DNA of 64,000 nucleotides from Hydrolagus affinis (lineage: Eukaryota): contig JAAILG010000815.1 of NCBI GenBank assembly GCA_012026655.1, positions 1 through 64,000 on the forward strand, read 5' to 3'. The notes below the pieces were generated by a model, which worked only from the letters and a program-made list of their open reading frames with translations, was not told the DNA's origin and did no database searches. Positions 37,361 to 50,195 of the stretch are shown piece after piece (position 1 is the stretch's first letter; every line of letters starts with the position of its first letter). A program made the translations under genes and the position numbers.

Positions 37361-38152
37361 GCCTTTGTTCCTTTCAAGGTGTGATCAGGACCTGTGCACC
37401 AAGCAGTCAATTGTGAAGGCATCATTGTAACCTTGTAATTGTGTATTGTACTATATTCTCATCGTATAGTTGTATGGATTGTAGTAACTTTTCAATCATT
37501 TTGCTTCTCTCCAAATTTGGGAGTGCGACCCACGAAAGGTACTCTATTCATGTTGTTTTCTTCCGGATAGAATCCCGTTGTATTTCAGGGAAACTGCACT
37601 TGGATGCATTCGTTAGAATGAAGTTAGAGAATTGTATCGTTGCTGTTTCTAGTTACTTACGCTGTGTTAAAAATGGACTTGTGCAACTTTTGTACGTCTC
37701 CTCTTTTGCTCCGTCAGCTTGGTATCCTTGCGAAGCTGTCACTTTCTTGGTTCAGAATTTAAACCCGAATTTAAATGGAAGGGACACTCTCTTCACACTA
37801 GCTACAGTCTCCATAAGAGGGTGGTGGGCCACACAGTTGCTAGACCCCAATAGTTCTGCGCTTGGCCTAGTTGCTTCAAGTTGCTTGGCCTAGTTGCTTT
37901 AATTTTGGAGTGAACCAAGTTAATTCCCTTTTTGAGCATTTCCCCTAATTAACATGATATTGAGTATGTATGTAAGATTCCTGTTGTTCGACCTGGCAAC
38001 TTTCTTGCTACCTTTTCCCAAAGCTGATTTGGTTTTGAGTGTTGACAATGTATACAACTGCTTTGTATTGTTCCCTGTGCAATTCAGTTTGCTTTCGTTC
38101 AAAATAAATTGTATTCTAAAATTTGTACTTTTTAAAAAAAAATCTATTTTAG

Positions 38153-38242
38153 GTGGAATCGAGGGATCAACCACTTTCTGTTTAACATGTTACCGGGCGG
38201 GCCTCCCGATTATAACACTGCACTGGATGTACCACGAGATAA
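38153..38242 (+). CDS. EXT2: Exostosin-2 coding exon (human exon 3)
   Basis: [29 protein letters not shown]; 90 nt; ttttag acceptor, AA|GTAAGT donor; frame continuous. Confidence 0.98.
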
Positions 38243-38777
38243 GTAAGTTTCAATCAAGTGCTATGTCTAGTAAAAAAAAATCTTTTTTTTAAAATAGGGG
38301 AATGCAGAGTCGCTTCTTCTAGATTGCGGTTGCAGTCTTAAAAATCCGGGGGAAAGATATAAACATAAGCATTTTTTTTAAAGAAGACACAAATTATAAT
38401 AGTTTCCCTGCTCGATAGAGATGGTAAAATTTTTAAATGTAGTTTTTAATTTGGAAGAATTTGTACGCGAATTGTATTTCAAAGCTCGCTCGTTCCACCA
38501 GTGTGGTTACCTTGCTGCAGAACAATGTACTTTGCTGTATATCTAAACTCAGCCATTCAGCAGCAACAATAAGTTTTGTACTTTAAGAACAACAACAACA
38601 ACTTCGATTTATATAGTGCCCTCCACGCCGGATGGCGTCTCAGAGGGCTTGAAGGACTTTAGGATTTTAAGATTTGAAACAGGTAACAGTGGCATAAAAG
38701 TACCATCGACTTAAACGCTAAGTTGGAGGTACTGTAATTGGGTGTTTTATGTTTGGAGATTTTTTTTAAATTGTAGA

Positions 38778-38792
38778 CCACAAGAGGGCAGC
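38778..38792 (+). promoter_or_regulatory. CTCF-like motif
   Basis: CCACAAGAGGGCAGC closely matches the CTCF core CCASYAGRKGGCRS. Confidence 0.45.
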
Positions 38793-40969
38793 AAGCTCCA
38801 GGTAATGTAGTTGTACAGAATGCAACAGTCCTGTACATAGAGACCATAGTGGCTGGAGTTGTAAGGATAACATAAACAATATTTCACCCATGCTATTGGA
38901 CCATATTCTAAATAGTTTTTTAAGGACTGTAGTAAAACCATAGGAGTGTCTGACATGCAACCCCTGGATTGTCCTGGGCCTCGGGACAGTCTTCTGACAA
39001 GATTGGCGCAATACAAGTGTAGTCATTTCTCCGCTCTACCTTATAGTTCTATTCTTTCATTTCTGGTGTCTCTTTAAATGCCGCAGCCCCTCCAAGGTAG
39101 AAAATGCTAGAAATATGCTTTCTGTTATATGGTGTAGAAAATTTCGAGCTGTAACCCAACCAATGACTGGTACAGATTTCTCATTACCAAGTTAGTTTTG
39201 TATTTATTGGCTCAGTATATAAACCCTTTGATTTTTTTTTCCCCCCCCTCTTAAAACTACACATTTTGGGCGCAGACAATATTTTGCGCCAACAATTCCG
39301 GAGATGCCTATGTTGTAAAATTCCAAAAAGTCATATACAAATGATCACTTGCATCTGTCAGTAAAGGATGGGCGTTTCTAAAAAATGCTTTGTCTATTTT
39401 CTTGACAGTTAAGCAGACTAGTGTGGTAACCTCCTTATGCATATTTAGCTCTTGTATAGTGGAAATGTGCATGGTAGAAATTGCTTCATCTATTTCAAGC
39501 ATTGAATTACATGCACAGAATGACTGATGGGATACTAATTTTGATATAGTATTTTTTACGTTTTAATAAGGTTTTATGCCGACTGCAATACAGTATCTGG
39601 ATTACATTTTAACTGTAAAACAAACTCCATGGTATTACCTTATAATGTTTTCCAGTCATTAAACTGTTCCATGTGGTTTCTTCTGAAATTCAGTTTAAAT
39701 GCTACACGTAATTTTTACAGGGCCATAAAAATAATGGTACACTCGTTTTTTTGAAATGTTGCCACTGGTTAAATCCACAGTATATCAAATACCTTTTTTT
39801 TTTTATTTTTCCAGCGTATTGGTATATGTAATGGAGACTGATGGGGTGGGGGTTTAATTTTTGAAATGTAGTCTTTGGTATTGAGGCCAATGTGAAGAGT
39901 GTTGCCAGGGAGCAAAGCCAATTGATGATCATTGCCCACTCTAACCTTTCTACCTTTCTGGTAGAAAGTTTTGCTAGTTTTGCTTTACTTTATAAATCCC
40001 CCACATCCTTTGCCTCTTACTTTACATTAACTACAAAGTGGCTCGTAATTCTACCGTTGGTCACAAAATACTATTTTCTTCAGATTTCATATTTTTCTTG
40101 GCCTGTGACTGTTATGTCCACTGGATTAAGGTTGAGGAAACTGGTGAAAGCTACAATGCTGATCCAAAACCGTGAGGTTAGATTTACGAGGACTGAATTT
40201 TGGATAGCTTTTTTTCTCTCTCGTATTATTTGATGAGCAACAGGGAAACCCGCTGGACCGCCCAAGAACTTTCAAGGAACATTTCAACTGGCTTTTTAAT
40301 AACAGCCAGTTTGGGGGGGGGGAACAAAGGCAAGGAAGTTGTACATAAAAATGGAGGGAACTGGCTCAGCAGGCTGAATGGTCCAATTCCAATGTTCATA
40401 AAGTATTACAAACAAAAAGTGTCCCATGATACTGAAATTCTACTCATGCTCTTTGGTTGCTTAGAACTTTCAAGTCAGGTATAAATCAGTTGGATTGGAT
40501 TGCCAACTCCAGCCATTGTTATCAAGTGAGACTGTTTGTTACTTGCTATATCAAATGCAAGGATTATTATTATTATCATTATTGCCCTTTAGTCTCATTG
40601 CTGACAGGAACTCAACTCCAAACTCGAAAACCAATGTTTTGGTGGTGAAAGTATATGAAAATTAAATATCTGGCTCCTATGTTAATACACAGATATGAAA
40701 CCTACTCTGATACTGTTAACTTTGTTCTAACATTTGGCACACAGACTTTACTGGAAGGAAGATTTGATATGCTTTTAGAGAGGGGAAACAAACGTTGGCA
40801 AATCACAGAGAAATGTGTTCTTGAAAGGTACTTTGCTTTGACCAGAAGTGAACAATGATGTGGTCGTTTCTTATTTTGTTTCCTCTTTGATTCCAATTGA
40901 AGTTGGGTAATTGAATCCTATCCGTTCTGTAGTCGGAACATTTCCCTTTCTTTCCTTTACTATTTCATT

Positions 40970-41512
40970 GGGGTTGTGTCAGGGACCGGAAATCTGGAAC
41001 TCTCTTCCACGGATGCTGGATCCATTCAAATTTTCGAGATTGAGGTGGATAGATATTTGTTAGGTAAGTATATCAAGGGATAATGGGCGTAGCCAGGCAA
41101 TTGGAGTTGAGGTACCTCTCTGACCTCCTCTCCTCACAACGGTACCTGTTGCCTTCACTCTACCGGGTCTGGCCTTCTCGCTGTCTGCGAATCCTCAGTT
41201 CCACCATCAGCAGCCATTCCTCCAGCCACTACGCCCCGAGGCTCTGGAACTCCCTTTGCATCATCCCCCTCCTTTTTATTTTCAGGTTGCGCCTAAAGAC
41301 TTTTCTTTTTCAACTGCACTTTTGGTCACCATTTTTCCCCCTCTCCCTGGCTCGGCCCAGGATTCGTTATTGTGAAGCGCACTGAGATGCCATCTGGCGC
41401 GGAGGGCCTGATATAAATCCAAGTTGTTGTTGTTTGTCAGATCAGCTTTGATCTTATAGAATGTCAGAAGAGGCTGGAGGTGCTGAATGGCCTCCGCCTG
41501 ATCGTAAGTTCC
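40970..41512 (+). mobile_element. CR1 3' end split by an L2 insertion
   Basis: tggaactctcttcc...gatagatatttgttaggtaag...tggagttgaggtac | cagatcagc...gctgaatggcctcc; uninterrupted counterpart at 26455-26602. Confidence 0.75.
41113..41437 (+). mobile_element. L2 3' end
   Basis: YLSDLL...HYAPRLWNSL...FRLRLKTFLF (L2 ORF2 C-terminus) and tail atataaatccaagttgttgttg. Confidence 0.8.
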
Positions 41513-44046
41513 TCTGACTACTTCAGATCAATGTACCGGCTGATAAATGTTGAGGTCTGGTAATCCACAGCTACTAACTAACTTTTATAGCCTGACCCTT
41601 TTTCATAATGTATTTGCTCAGCCTGTGATTGAAAGAGGGGTCAATTTGAAGCAATTATAGGATGACACATATGAGAATTTTTCAGCTATTGTGATCGACG
41701 TTTTAATTATAATCAACCCAAAATACATTGAGATGTATTCCTACATTTGCTAAATGTGACTTTTCTATTCTCCCAAGAAAACTGTTTCTTTGTAAATCCT
41801 ATGATGTTCTGCAAGTGCAATCTTGTCAGGTTTTACTGTCAGATTTAGAGACTTGACTGTTGCCAGACACAACTTTCAGTGTCAATGTGACCTGTTTTGG
41901 GAGTCAAGTTTCTTTTATGATCAGTTGCCTTCATCGCAGTCACAAAATCAATACTTTAATGATAATGTTATAATAATTGCTATGTGGTATGTATGCACAT
42001 GGATTTTCACTCTATAAGCAAAGTTGGGGGCATTTTTCAGCATATGCTAGTACAGTAGGTAACATATATATTCTACAGCAGATTAATGGTCTCTAAAATG
42101 TTTTTGTGCTATTGCATCTGTTAGTAATTTTCTATTATTATGGTTGCATCTTCAGAGTGTGCTACAGTTTAAGATGAAAGGAACATCTTTAGTGGGTAGC
42201 AACCAAAATATCTATTAAATGGGGAAGAGGTCACTTGATGAAACTCGAGCATTTCATTCCACTACTTGTCCGCTAAGTGACTGGTACAAAGTGGTGTTCT
42301 CTCAAGGAAAACCAACTGGTACTAAAAACACCCTCAAGGACACAGTTACTACACTTTTAACAGTAATTACTAAGGGCTTTGAGATCTTTCAATGTGATGA
42401 AGCGAAAAATCAAAATGCATTTGTTAATTTCATTCCACTAATGTTAAGCATGAACTGATGTTACCATCAGATGTTACATCATTTTTGTATAAATTGTATT
42501 CTTGTGAACAATAGTGAGACAGATTCTATCTTCTTAAATATGTGAATAGATACTTAAAACATTTCACAAACTCAAAGAACGTTGCTTTTTGGGATCACTT
42601 TGTGATCAACGTTTTCACAAATAAACATATTATGTGTTTTAATAATGGTGGCGTCTCACTCAGCTGCCTTGAAAGATTGTTTGTTACAGCAAGGGGGTTG
42701 TATTTGGGATTCATAATGCACATTCATGTCGCTAAGAAGGTTTAAAAACAGGAAAATGTGAGAAAAAGGTTTGGGATGTAGCGTTTAAAAAAAACACTTC
42801 ACTGTTGATGATGGCAAAGCTTTATCTGAACACATGGTCCGACCACTTTGCTACTCCACCGTTTGAAGTTCTAACTTAGTGTTTTTATGATGAGAAGCTA
42901 TAAGAACTCAGGAATTCGTAGGTTCTGTTTCTGACCTGTGCAATCATTCTATTGAGTATGCCTGTCCAGATACTTTATGTCTATGATTAGCTCGATTCTA
43001 TTTGCAGATCAAAACCAGCGCCTCTTTCAATTTAGGTTGTAATAGCAGCAAGATTCTTCCTTCTGTCTCATACCGTGTGAATTGCTATAAAGTGTTTGTA
43101 TTTAGGTTGTGCAATGTAGGTGGACATGTTGTGATGTTTGAGGTGAGAGCCATTCAGCACCATTTTTCCTGCTTACTACAGCTGTCTTGAACAAATGTCT
43201 TCAAGTACATCATTGTGCATTAAAAATAATTTTCTCTCATTCGTACGCCTTCCCCCCCACCCCCCACCCCGTCAGAACTCTGATCCTTCCACCCCACCAT
43301 CCACCCCTCCAACAAGTTATACAGTATTTTGTGGCAAACTGCTTGTGAATAAATTTGCGCAAATGTACTGTAGTTAACAATCAGTAATTTAGCAACAATA
43401 CAAGGTTGAAATGTTAGAATGTTGCTTCTGTTGTACCCTTTCCTCAAAAATTCCCAAAGACAAACATTATTAAGCACCTGAACAAATGCCACTTTTTAAA
43501 AATAAAAAATAACACTAGCCCATGCAGCTATAGTGTTACAGAACATAAAATGAATAGGACTTCGGTTCGTAAATATCCTTAATCAAAAAAGGCTAAGCAA
43601 ATCCTGTTCTTTCATTACTGACCAAATAAATATACAGTTCAAGGAGCTTGGACAGATTTCCTTTCCAGTACTAAGTCCGCACAATTTGTTTTGATGACCT
43701 TGCCCATCTAGTTCTTGTTAAAACTACTTCACATCCCTGTGATGGCCCGAGGAATGGATTCCCATTTTCTTTAATTGCCAGTGTTGGGATTTGGTAGCTG
43801 GCTTTGCTCATTATGAAATTACCCTCACTCTAAACAAATAATGCTTCTGAATGTTTCACATTAGTTCTAGTTAAGACTTCTGTGCTAGATGTTGATACAG
43901 AACAACCCCATGATAATACACCTTGCTATTATGTGGTTTCACTCATAAACATGATTGGGCTGTGGACACTCACGTATTTGAAAATCAAAATCCCATGCAC
44001 CACAATTTTGGAAACTGCAGCCTTACAGTGCTCAACTGGCTGTTAC

Positions 44047-44190
44047 TACTACAACAAAAGAACTCCTTTCACGTCAGGAAGACATCACTAGGTGCTGACC
44101 AGACAAGGGTCAGGATCTGAGCATAGGGGTCGGAGGGGGCAGAGAGGTAGGAGGGTGGCTGAAGGCACTGAATAGGAAAGAAGTCTAGAA
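44047..44190 (-). mobile_element. L2 3' end fragment
   Basis: acaacaaaag...cctttcacgtcaggaagacatc followed by the purine-rich 3' UTR like 2790-2900. Confidence 0.65.
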
Positions 44191-45256
44191 ATTAAGGATG
44201 TGGTGTTGATTGTAACAAGGCAATCTGCCTGATTAGAATGGTGACACACTTTCTCTTGAAAGTTTCTGAGCCTATTATTGGCACAGCATTGGGAGCAGTC
44301 CATGAGCTCACTGTCTTTAGTTGAGGCTAGCTTGTTTTATCAGATCATTGAACTGTCTTCATGACTCATTCTTCAAACAAGAATACTATTGGCGAACTTC
44401 GATTTTGTCTTGAGGAAATGTTTCATTGCATGGTTTGAAACTGATCCCAGCTCAGATCTGGGGGAGGAAGAGGAAAATCCCTGTAGTAGATGTTTGTGTG
44501 CAGTTGAAAGTAGATCTGGGAAGATATTGTACAGCTGAGGAGAGATTGACACTGAGGTGTGAAAGCCTTTACAATGGGTGATCAAGTTTTAGACAAGAGT
44601 ATCCTTGCTGAGGAACTGATTATTAATCTCTGGAAAATTTTATTTGCAGACATTTGGATGTTTATACTCATCACTATTAATCATCTCTCGGTAACCAATG
44701 CAAATGGAAATGATAAAAGTCTTTGTGGTTTTGGTTGCTGTTCATTTAACCTCTGAACTATGGCGTGGAATGAATTTTTTTGAGTCAGCAAATTGGTGCG
44801 TGGTGTGCATCCAACCTCAACTCTTTGAAGCTGATGGCTCACTTGTAGAACAGGAGACTTGAGTTTCCCTGGTTTCATTAATCTTCGCTTCACACAGTAT
44901 ACATGGCAGTTGTCAGAACAATCTGCAGAGCCACAGATTCACTCTTCAATGGAAACCTAGTTTTCTGAATGATGGATCAACACTCCACCTACCAATCTAA
45001 TCAATTTCCCCTATACAGTATCATAAGCTGGTGATGCAAATATACACCCTGCTTTGGTGCTGATGGACATAACTAGTGAAATAACTTTGTTTGAGTGAGT
45101 AGCCTGTGTGATTTGGAGACTTGTTGCTGACTACAAATTTCCCTCAAGGGTGATCTCCTCTGCTCCATGTTTCTATTTGCCACATATGTAATAAAATGCA
45201 TCATCACCTTGGCACCAGTGTAGCTAAATGCCTTGAAATGTACTCGTGATCATAAT

Positions 45257-45360
45257 ATAATAATAATAATCCTTGAATTCGATATAGCGCTTTTCACGTC
45301 TTTTAGACGCCTCAAAGCGCTTCACAGCATATAATGTAAAGTGAATTGACTGTATATTTA
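45257..45360 (-). mobile_element. SINE family A 3' fragment, about 100 nt upstream of EXT2 exon 4
   Basis: taataataatccttgaattcgatatagcgcttttcacgtcttttagacgcctcaaagcgcttcacag. Confidence 0.9.
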
Positions 45361-45456
45361 CTCTGCTGTGTCAAATGCCCCGTAGACACAGAACATGTCC
45401 TCAAGTCAACCAGAAAAGCTTGATAGTAATACTCTTGCCGTTTTCATTCTTCTAAG

Positions 45457-45573
45457 GGCATTGCTTGCAGGGGGCGGCTTCTCCACCTGGACCTATCGGC
45501 AAGGCTATGACGTCAGCATTCCGGTGTTCAGTCCGTTGTCAGTGGAGGTTAATCTACCCGAGAGACCTGTAGG
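45457..45573 (+). CDS. EXT2: Exostosin-2 coding exon (human exon 4)
   Basis: [39 protein letters not shown]; 117 nt; ctaag acceptor, GG|GTAAGA donor. Confidence 0.98.
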
Positions 45574-45662
45574 GTAAGACACATGAGAGTTGCCTCAATA
45601 ACACTAATAGTTTCCGACATTAATCCTTTCACTGCTGATGGGGGTAAGATTTCAAATGTAAC

Positions 45663-45773
45663 AATAATACTAATTCTTGCATTAATACAGCGCTTTTCAC
45701 ATCTTATCGACGTCTCAAAGCGCTTCACAGAATATACTGTGAAGTGAATTGGTGGTATATTTGCGGGCGAAAA
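45663..45773 (-). mobile_element. SINE family A 3' fragment in EXT2 intron 4
   Basis: ttcttgcattaatacagcgcttttcacatcttatcgacgtctcaaagcgcttcacagaatatactgtgaagtgaattg. Confidence 0.9.
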
Positions 45774-46293
45774 TGTACTTGGAAAAATGTCAACGACCAA
45801 TCTGGCATTTGGTACTTCTTGAGAGATCTTTTTTTTTCCTGCAACATGTGCTGTATTTAATAGGCCATATTTACCTTAATGTGCTCCATTTTCCCTCTTG
45901 TTTTCAGTTTGCATTCTCTTCCCCCAACCCCCTTTTTAAATGAACGTTGCTGTGGAGAAACTGAAGTTTATACAGAAAACATTCCACTGTTCCATTTCAC
46001 TTGCTGCGTAATTGAATGGAATAAATGCTGCTTTTGCGGTGAAATTGTTACCAGCTTGCAGTGAAGATTTGAGGATTAACCTTCCATTGTTTTGGCTAAT
46101 AAGAAACAGTGGAATTGACCCATAGATCATTGGAAGTCATGAAGCGGTGAATCTTTTTTTCATTTGAGGGAAATTCCCATCTCATGAGTGCAAACGTTTC
46201 TTGAGAAAATCATTCTGTTCAGGCTAGTGAGAGATGAGAACATCTTTAAATCACTATTAGCTTGTAATAGTTTCAGGTTCACCTTCGTTTTGT

Positions 46294-46650
46294 GGAGTCC
46301 TGTAACTCAGTGGTTAGAGCACTCGTCCTGCAAGTGAGAGACCTGGGTTTGATTCCTGTCAGGACGAAATGTTGAGCAAGTTTCCTTACTCCACATGCCT
46401 CAGTTTATCTAGGAATAAGTAAGAGGTTGTTAGGTTCCAGCAGTAATGAATCCTTCAAAAAATAATAACATAATTTAGTCACTTCAATCCACAATGACTG
46501 TTTGTGGGACACTGCTGGGTGCGATTGGCTGCTGCATTTCGCCCACAAAATATACAGCCAATTCACTTTACAGTATATTCTGTGACGCACTTTGAGTCGT
46601 CTCGAAGGTGTGATAAAGCGCCGTATCAAATGCAAGAATTATTAATATTA
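46294..46650 (+). mobile_element. Full-length tRNA-derived SINE (family A) in EXT2 intron 4
   Basis: ggagtcctgtaactcagtggttagagcactcg head, gggtttgattcc B box, body with a short insertion, tail. Confidence 0.92.
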
Positions 46651-46953
46651 CTGCAACTGAAATACATTTGATCAAACATCACAAAACGAGGCTTACCTTT
46701 AACCTGTTCCTTCACGTAATGGGTGGTAAAAAGTGCATGTTTTCCTAGGCACGCAGTCGCGTGTGTACAAATATGCATTGTTGATTCTAGTGGCAGAAGA
46801 ATGGCAGTTTCTTCATTGTCACTTCGGGTGGATGGGTCGATATTTATATCCAGAAGTGCTCTGTGTTTGTGATTCTGACTCGAAGAAGTACTTCACATTA
46901 ACCTGTGGTTTGGGAAGAATAATGTTAATCCCATTTTAATGTCTTTTCTGAAG

Positions 46954-47149
46954 TTTTAGGATGTATTTTATCTTGTCTGCACAAATGGCAATCCATTCGG
47001 AATACCGCTCTGAGCTGGAGGCAATGGAAGCAGAACATGGAGATTCCCTGCTGATCCTGGACAAATGTACCAACTTGTCAGAGGGTGTCCCTTCTACAAG
47101 GAAACGCTGCCATAAAAATCAAGTCTTTGACTACCCGCAGATCCTACAG
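46954..47149 (+). CDS. EXT2: Exostosin-2 coding exon (human exon 5)
   Basis: [65 protein letters not shown]; 196 nt using the AAG acceptor ending 46953; CAG|GTATTT donor. Confidence 0.95.
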
Positions 47150-48235
47150 GTATTTACTTATTGGCGGACAGAATCTTCCATTTGAAATGCAGCTTTACAT
47201 AACTTGGATTTCAGCTGGAGTTTTGACGTAGATCAAGCTTTCTTGCCTGGCATTGTTTTACTATTCACTATAATGCCAAGGTCAACTCTGACGTTACACA
47301 GATTATTGTTGAATCCACAAAAAGTGCCCAAATTGCCTCTTGATTGAAAGCAGCATGTGTCTTTGGTGACGTGAAGAGAGGGAATGCTGGTATGGGATCT
47401 GATTACCTGCTTCTATCTGCTGGTTGCAAGAAATTCAAAAATTAGTTTTCTGTTTAGTCTTTTTTTATTAAACTGTTGCTACCTTTGAAACTTGATATTC
47501 TAAAACTAGTGTTATTCAAAAGTTGACTTTAGTGGCTCAAAACCTACCTGATGGGTTCAGATTTGATAACTAAATGCTTGAAGGTTTATCCAGTCCAGTC
47601 ATACAAGTGGCCATGTCAATCACTCCTTCAGAAAGTGCAGAAAATCAGGAATTGAGCCACGCCAGTCTGCAAATGGGAATTATTGCTACTTTGTGAAGGT
47701 TGCAATTTGGCATAAGTGGGTGTCTTTGGTCCTCTCAAACGTTAAAATGCTCGTATATGCCAAATGTGTGTTTTGATTTTATATTGTGCATTAAGCCTTT
47801 TTAAAGGAGACTTCTGTAAACCTCAGCTAATCGCGTGGTTACTGAAATGATTGACTCAGTGCGCAAAATCGTGCACTGCTACAAATTTTGCAAAGGGACA
47901 GATGGGAATATAGCAGATGGAAGTGATTTACTATCTAGATAAGGAGGATCTTACAATGTGTGGAATTCCTATGGTTCTCTCCTACATATGAAGGTCAAAC
48001 AACATGCAGGAACTGTATCATTAGGTCAGTCCATCTTAAAACATGGGGTTCCTTTGGTATGCTGATGGACACCTCATAACCCTTTAGTTTAAGCATGGGA
48101 ATTATATCTGAAGGTGCACAGAGTGATGTAAACTTAATTTGAACTGTTGTCTTTCTGGTAGAAGAAGCTTGTGACATGAAAAATACCAATTATGCAATTG
48201 TCATTCAGTGCCAGCTGGGGAGATGATTAACCACA

Positions 48236-48476
48236 GTCAGGGCAAAACCTTGGGCAACCTTACTCCACATACCTAATAATAATCCCTTGAAATAAAAAAA
48301 ATAAAAAATTGGTCACTCCAATCGATGACTGTTTGTGGGACACTGCTGTGCGCAATTGGCTGCCGTGTTTTGCCCACATATTTACAGTCAATTCACGTTA
48401 CTGTATATTCTGTGAAGCACTTTGGGACGTCTAGAAGACGTGAAAAGTGCTTTATCAAATGCAAGGATAATTATTA
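48236..48476 (+). mobile_element. SINE family A lacking the tRNA head
   Basis: gtcagggcaaaaccttgggcaa... body and tail atcaaatgcaaggataattatta. Confidence 0.9.
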
Positions 48477-50055
48477 CCATCCTTAGTCACTGAGCGCTGT
48501 TGCCTCATTTGACAGAAGGCCAGAGAAGCAAATATTTTCTGCACAGTAGGACGTTTGGGCTATCGTGTCTGCGCACAAGCCTGTTTTTCTAAACTGGTCT
48601 TTTTAAAATAAATCCCCAGAATTAGATTTGGTCCATTATTCCAGTCCATATTTGTGTCTGCTTTTGAAATAGATTTTTTTTTAAATTGCATTTTTTTTGC
48701 TTTCTCTGCAGATGAATCTGAAATGAAACACTGGGTTCATACGAGTTTAAGTTGTTGTTGTTGTTGTTATTTCTTGAGGCTGGTTGGCCTCATTGCAAAA
48801 AGGGCAAAAATAATTTGAGCACTTAACCTGCAGTTAAACATATGTAAACTAACATCCATAAAATAAATTGAGCTACGGTTTGTTTTCACACCATCCCATC
48901 ATTGTTGTATTGTAAATTTGTGAATCAGTGCTTTTTCATTTGGGGACTTGCGTGAGCATCACTCAGATTTTAGAAATATATTTCCAAATCTTTTTAAGTA
49001 ATGTTAAACACGAGCATTTTTGGTTTGAATACAGCTCTTCCCTTCCCTGAAGTTAACTGATGGAAATGCTTTGTGTGTCTCAAGGGTAGTTTTGACTATG
49101 TGCTATGTGTATGGTTTCACACAGTTGGAAACCTCCACTGGGCTGCATTTTTTGTTTACAGAAAAACTTGGTTTAAGACCAAGATGATTCTTTGTTTTAG
49201 TCAGACTTGGACAATGATTTAATAATTTAAATAAACGCTCATTTATAGCTCAAGTAGTTAGAAAACAAACTCACATGCGCAAAAACCACGGGGGCATATT
49301 TTACCAGACATCTGTTTTCATTCTGAGTGTTGTGTTCGGTGTGAAAATAAAATTACCGCTGTATTATTCTATGCCTTTTGGAAGTGTTTATTTTAAACCA
49401 CTTGGGACAAGGTGATTTTCATAATTAAAATGGATTGTTACTGTTCAACTCCACTTTATTCCAAATGCTATTGTTTGAATGATTTATTGTTCCAATCATT
49501 GCTGTTCAGGTTGATTAGCAATCTAGTAGTGCAGAATTGGAGTTTCACATTGAACATGATGCACACTGAGGATAGTTTGTCTAAGAAAATGGAAAGCACC
49601 AGTTAAATTTCTATCACTTTAACCTTTTCTGAAATTGCAGGGTGTTATTATACGGTATACTGAATGTGCGTTTTTCGTAATTGGCTACAGTTAATCACAT
49701 ATAGAATTGATGGTAATATCTCAATTATTAACCCCCCCCCCCCCCCCCCTCGCTCTCTGTGCTACTGAAGAGATGACGTATTGAATGCAATCTTGCAAAC
49801 TGGGCTGTTGATGATAGCGTATTGAGCAGTAGGAAGTCTTTTTTGTTCAAGAGAATTATGCCACAGAATACTTTGCTTATGTCCATTGGCTCAAAAAAAT
49901 GTGGTTTGTAGTATCCTGTGAGCTCCTCAATTCCTGATTTAAATGAATTATATCTTATTTGAGGTGACCAGATGTTGTTTCTATTACACAGCAATGGCTC
50001 AAGTAAAGCTCAAAGAGGTTGTAAGAGTCATTTTCTTTGTAATGTTTCATAACAG

Positions 50056-50195
50056 GACGCCACATTCTGCATTGTCTTACGTGGATCGCGGCTTGGGCAA
50101 GCTGCACTAAGTGAGGTCCTCCAAGCGGGCTGTATTCCCGTTGTTGTCGCTGATTCTTATATCCTCCCATTTTCAGAAGTGTTGGATTGGAAGAG
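50056..50195 (+). CDS. EXT2: Exostosin-2 coding exon (human exon 6)
   Basis: [47 protein letters not shown]; 140 nt; aacag acceptor, AG|GTATGC donor; absent from the ORF track because there is no start codon. Confidence 0.98.

Noticed and set aside
37197-37430. Proline-rich ORF
   Set aside because: Arises from a poly-C tract inside a repeat relic
37860-37898. 16-bp direct repeat cttggcctagttgctt
   Set aside because: Simple local duplication with no further structure
48685-48720. Strong acceptor-like site in intron 5 (similar one at 33533)
   Set aside because: No matching donor or open frame; such tracts are common by chance in AT-rich introns
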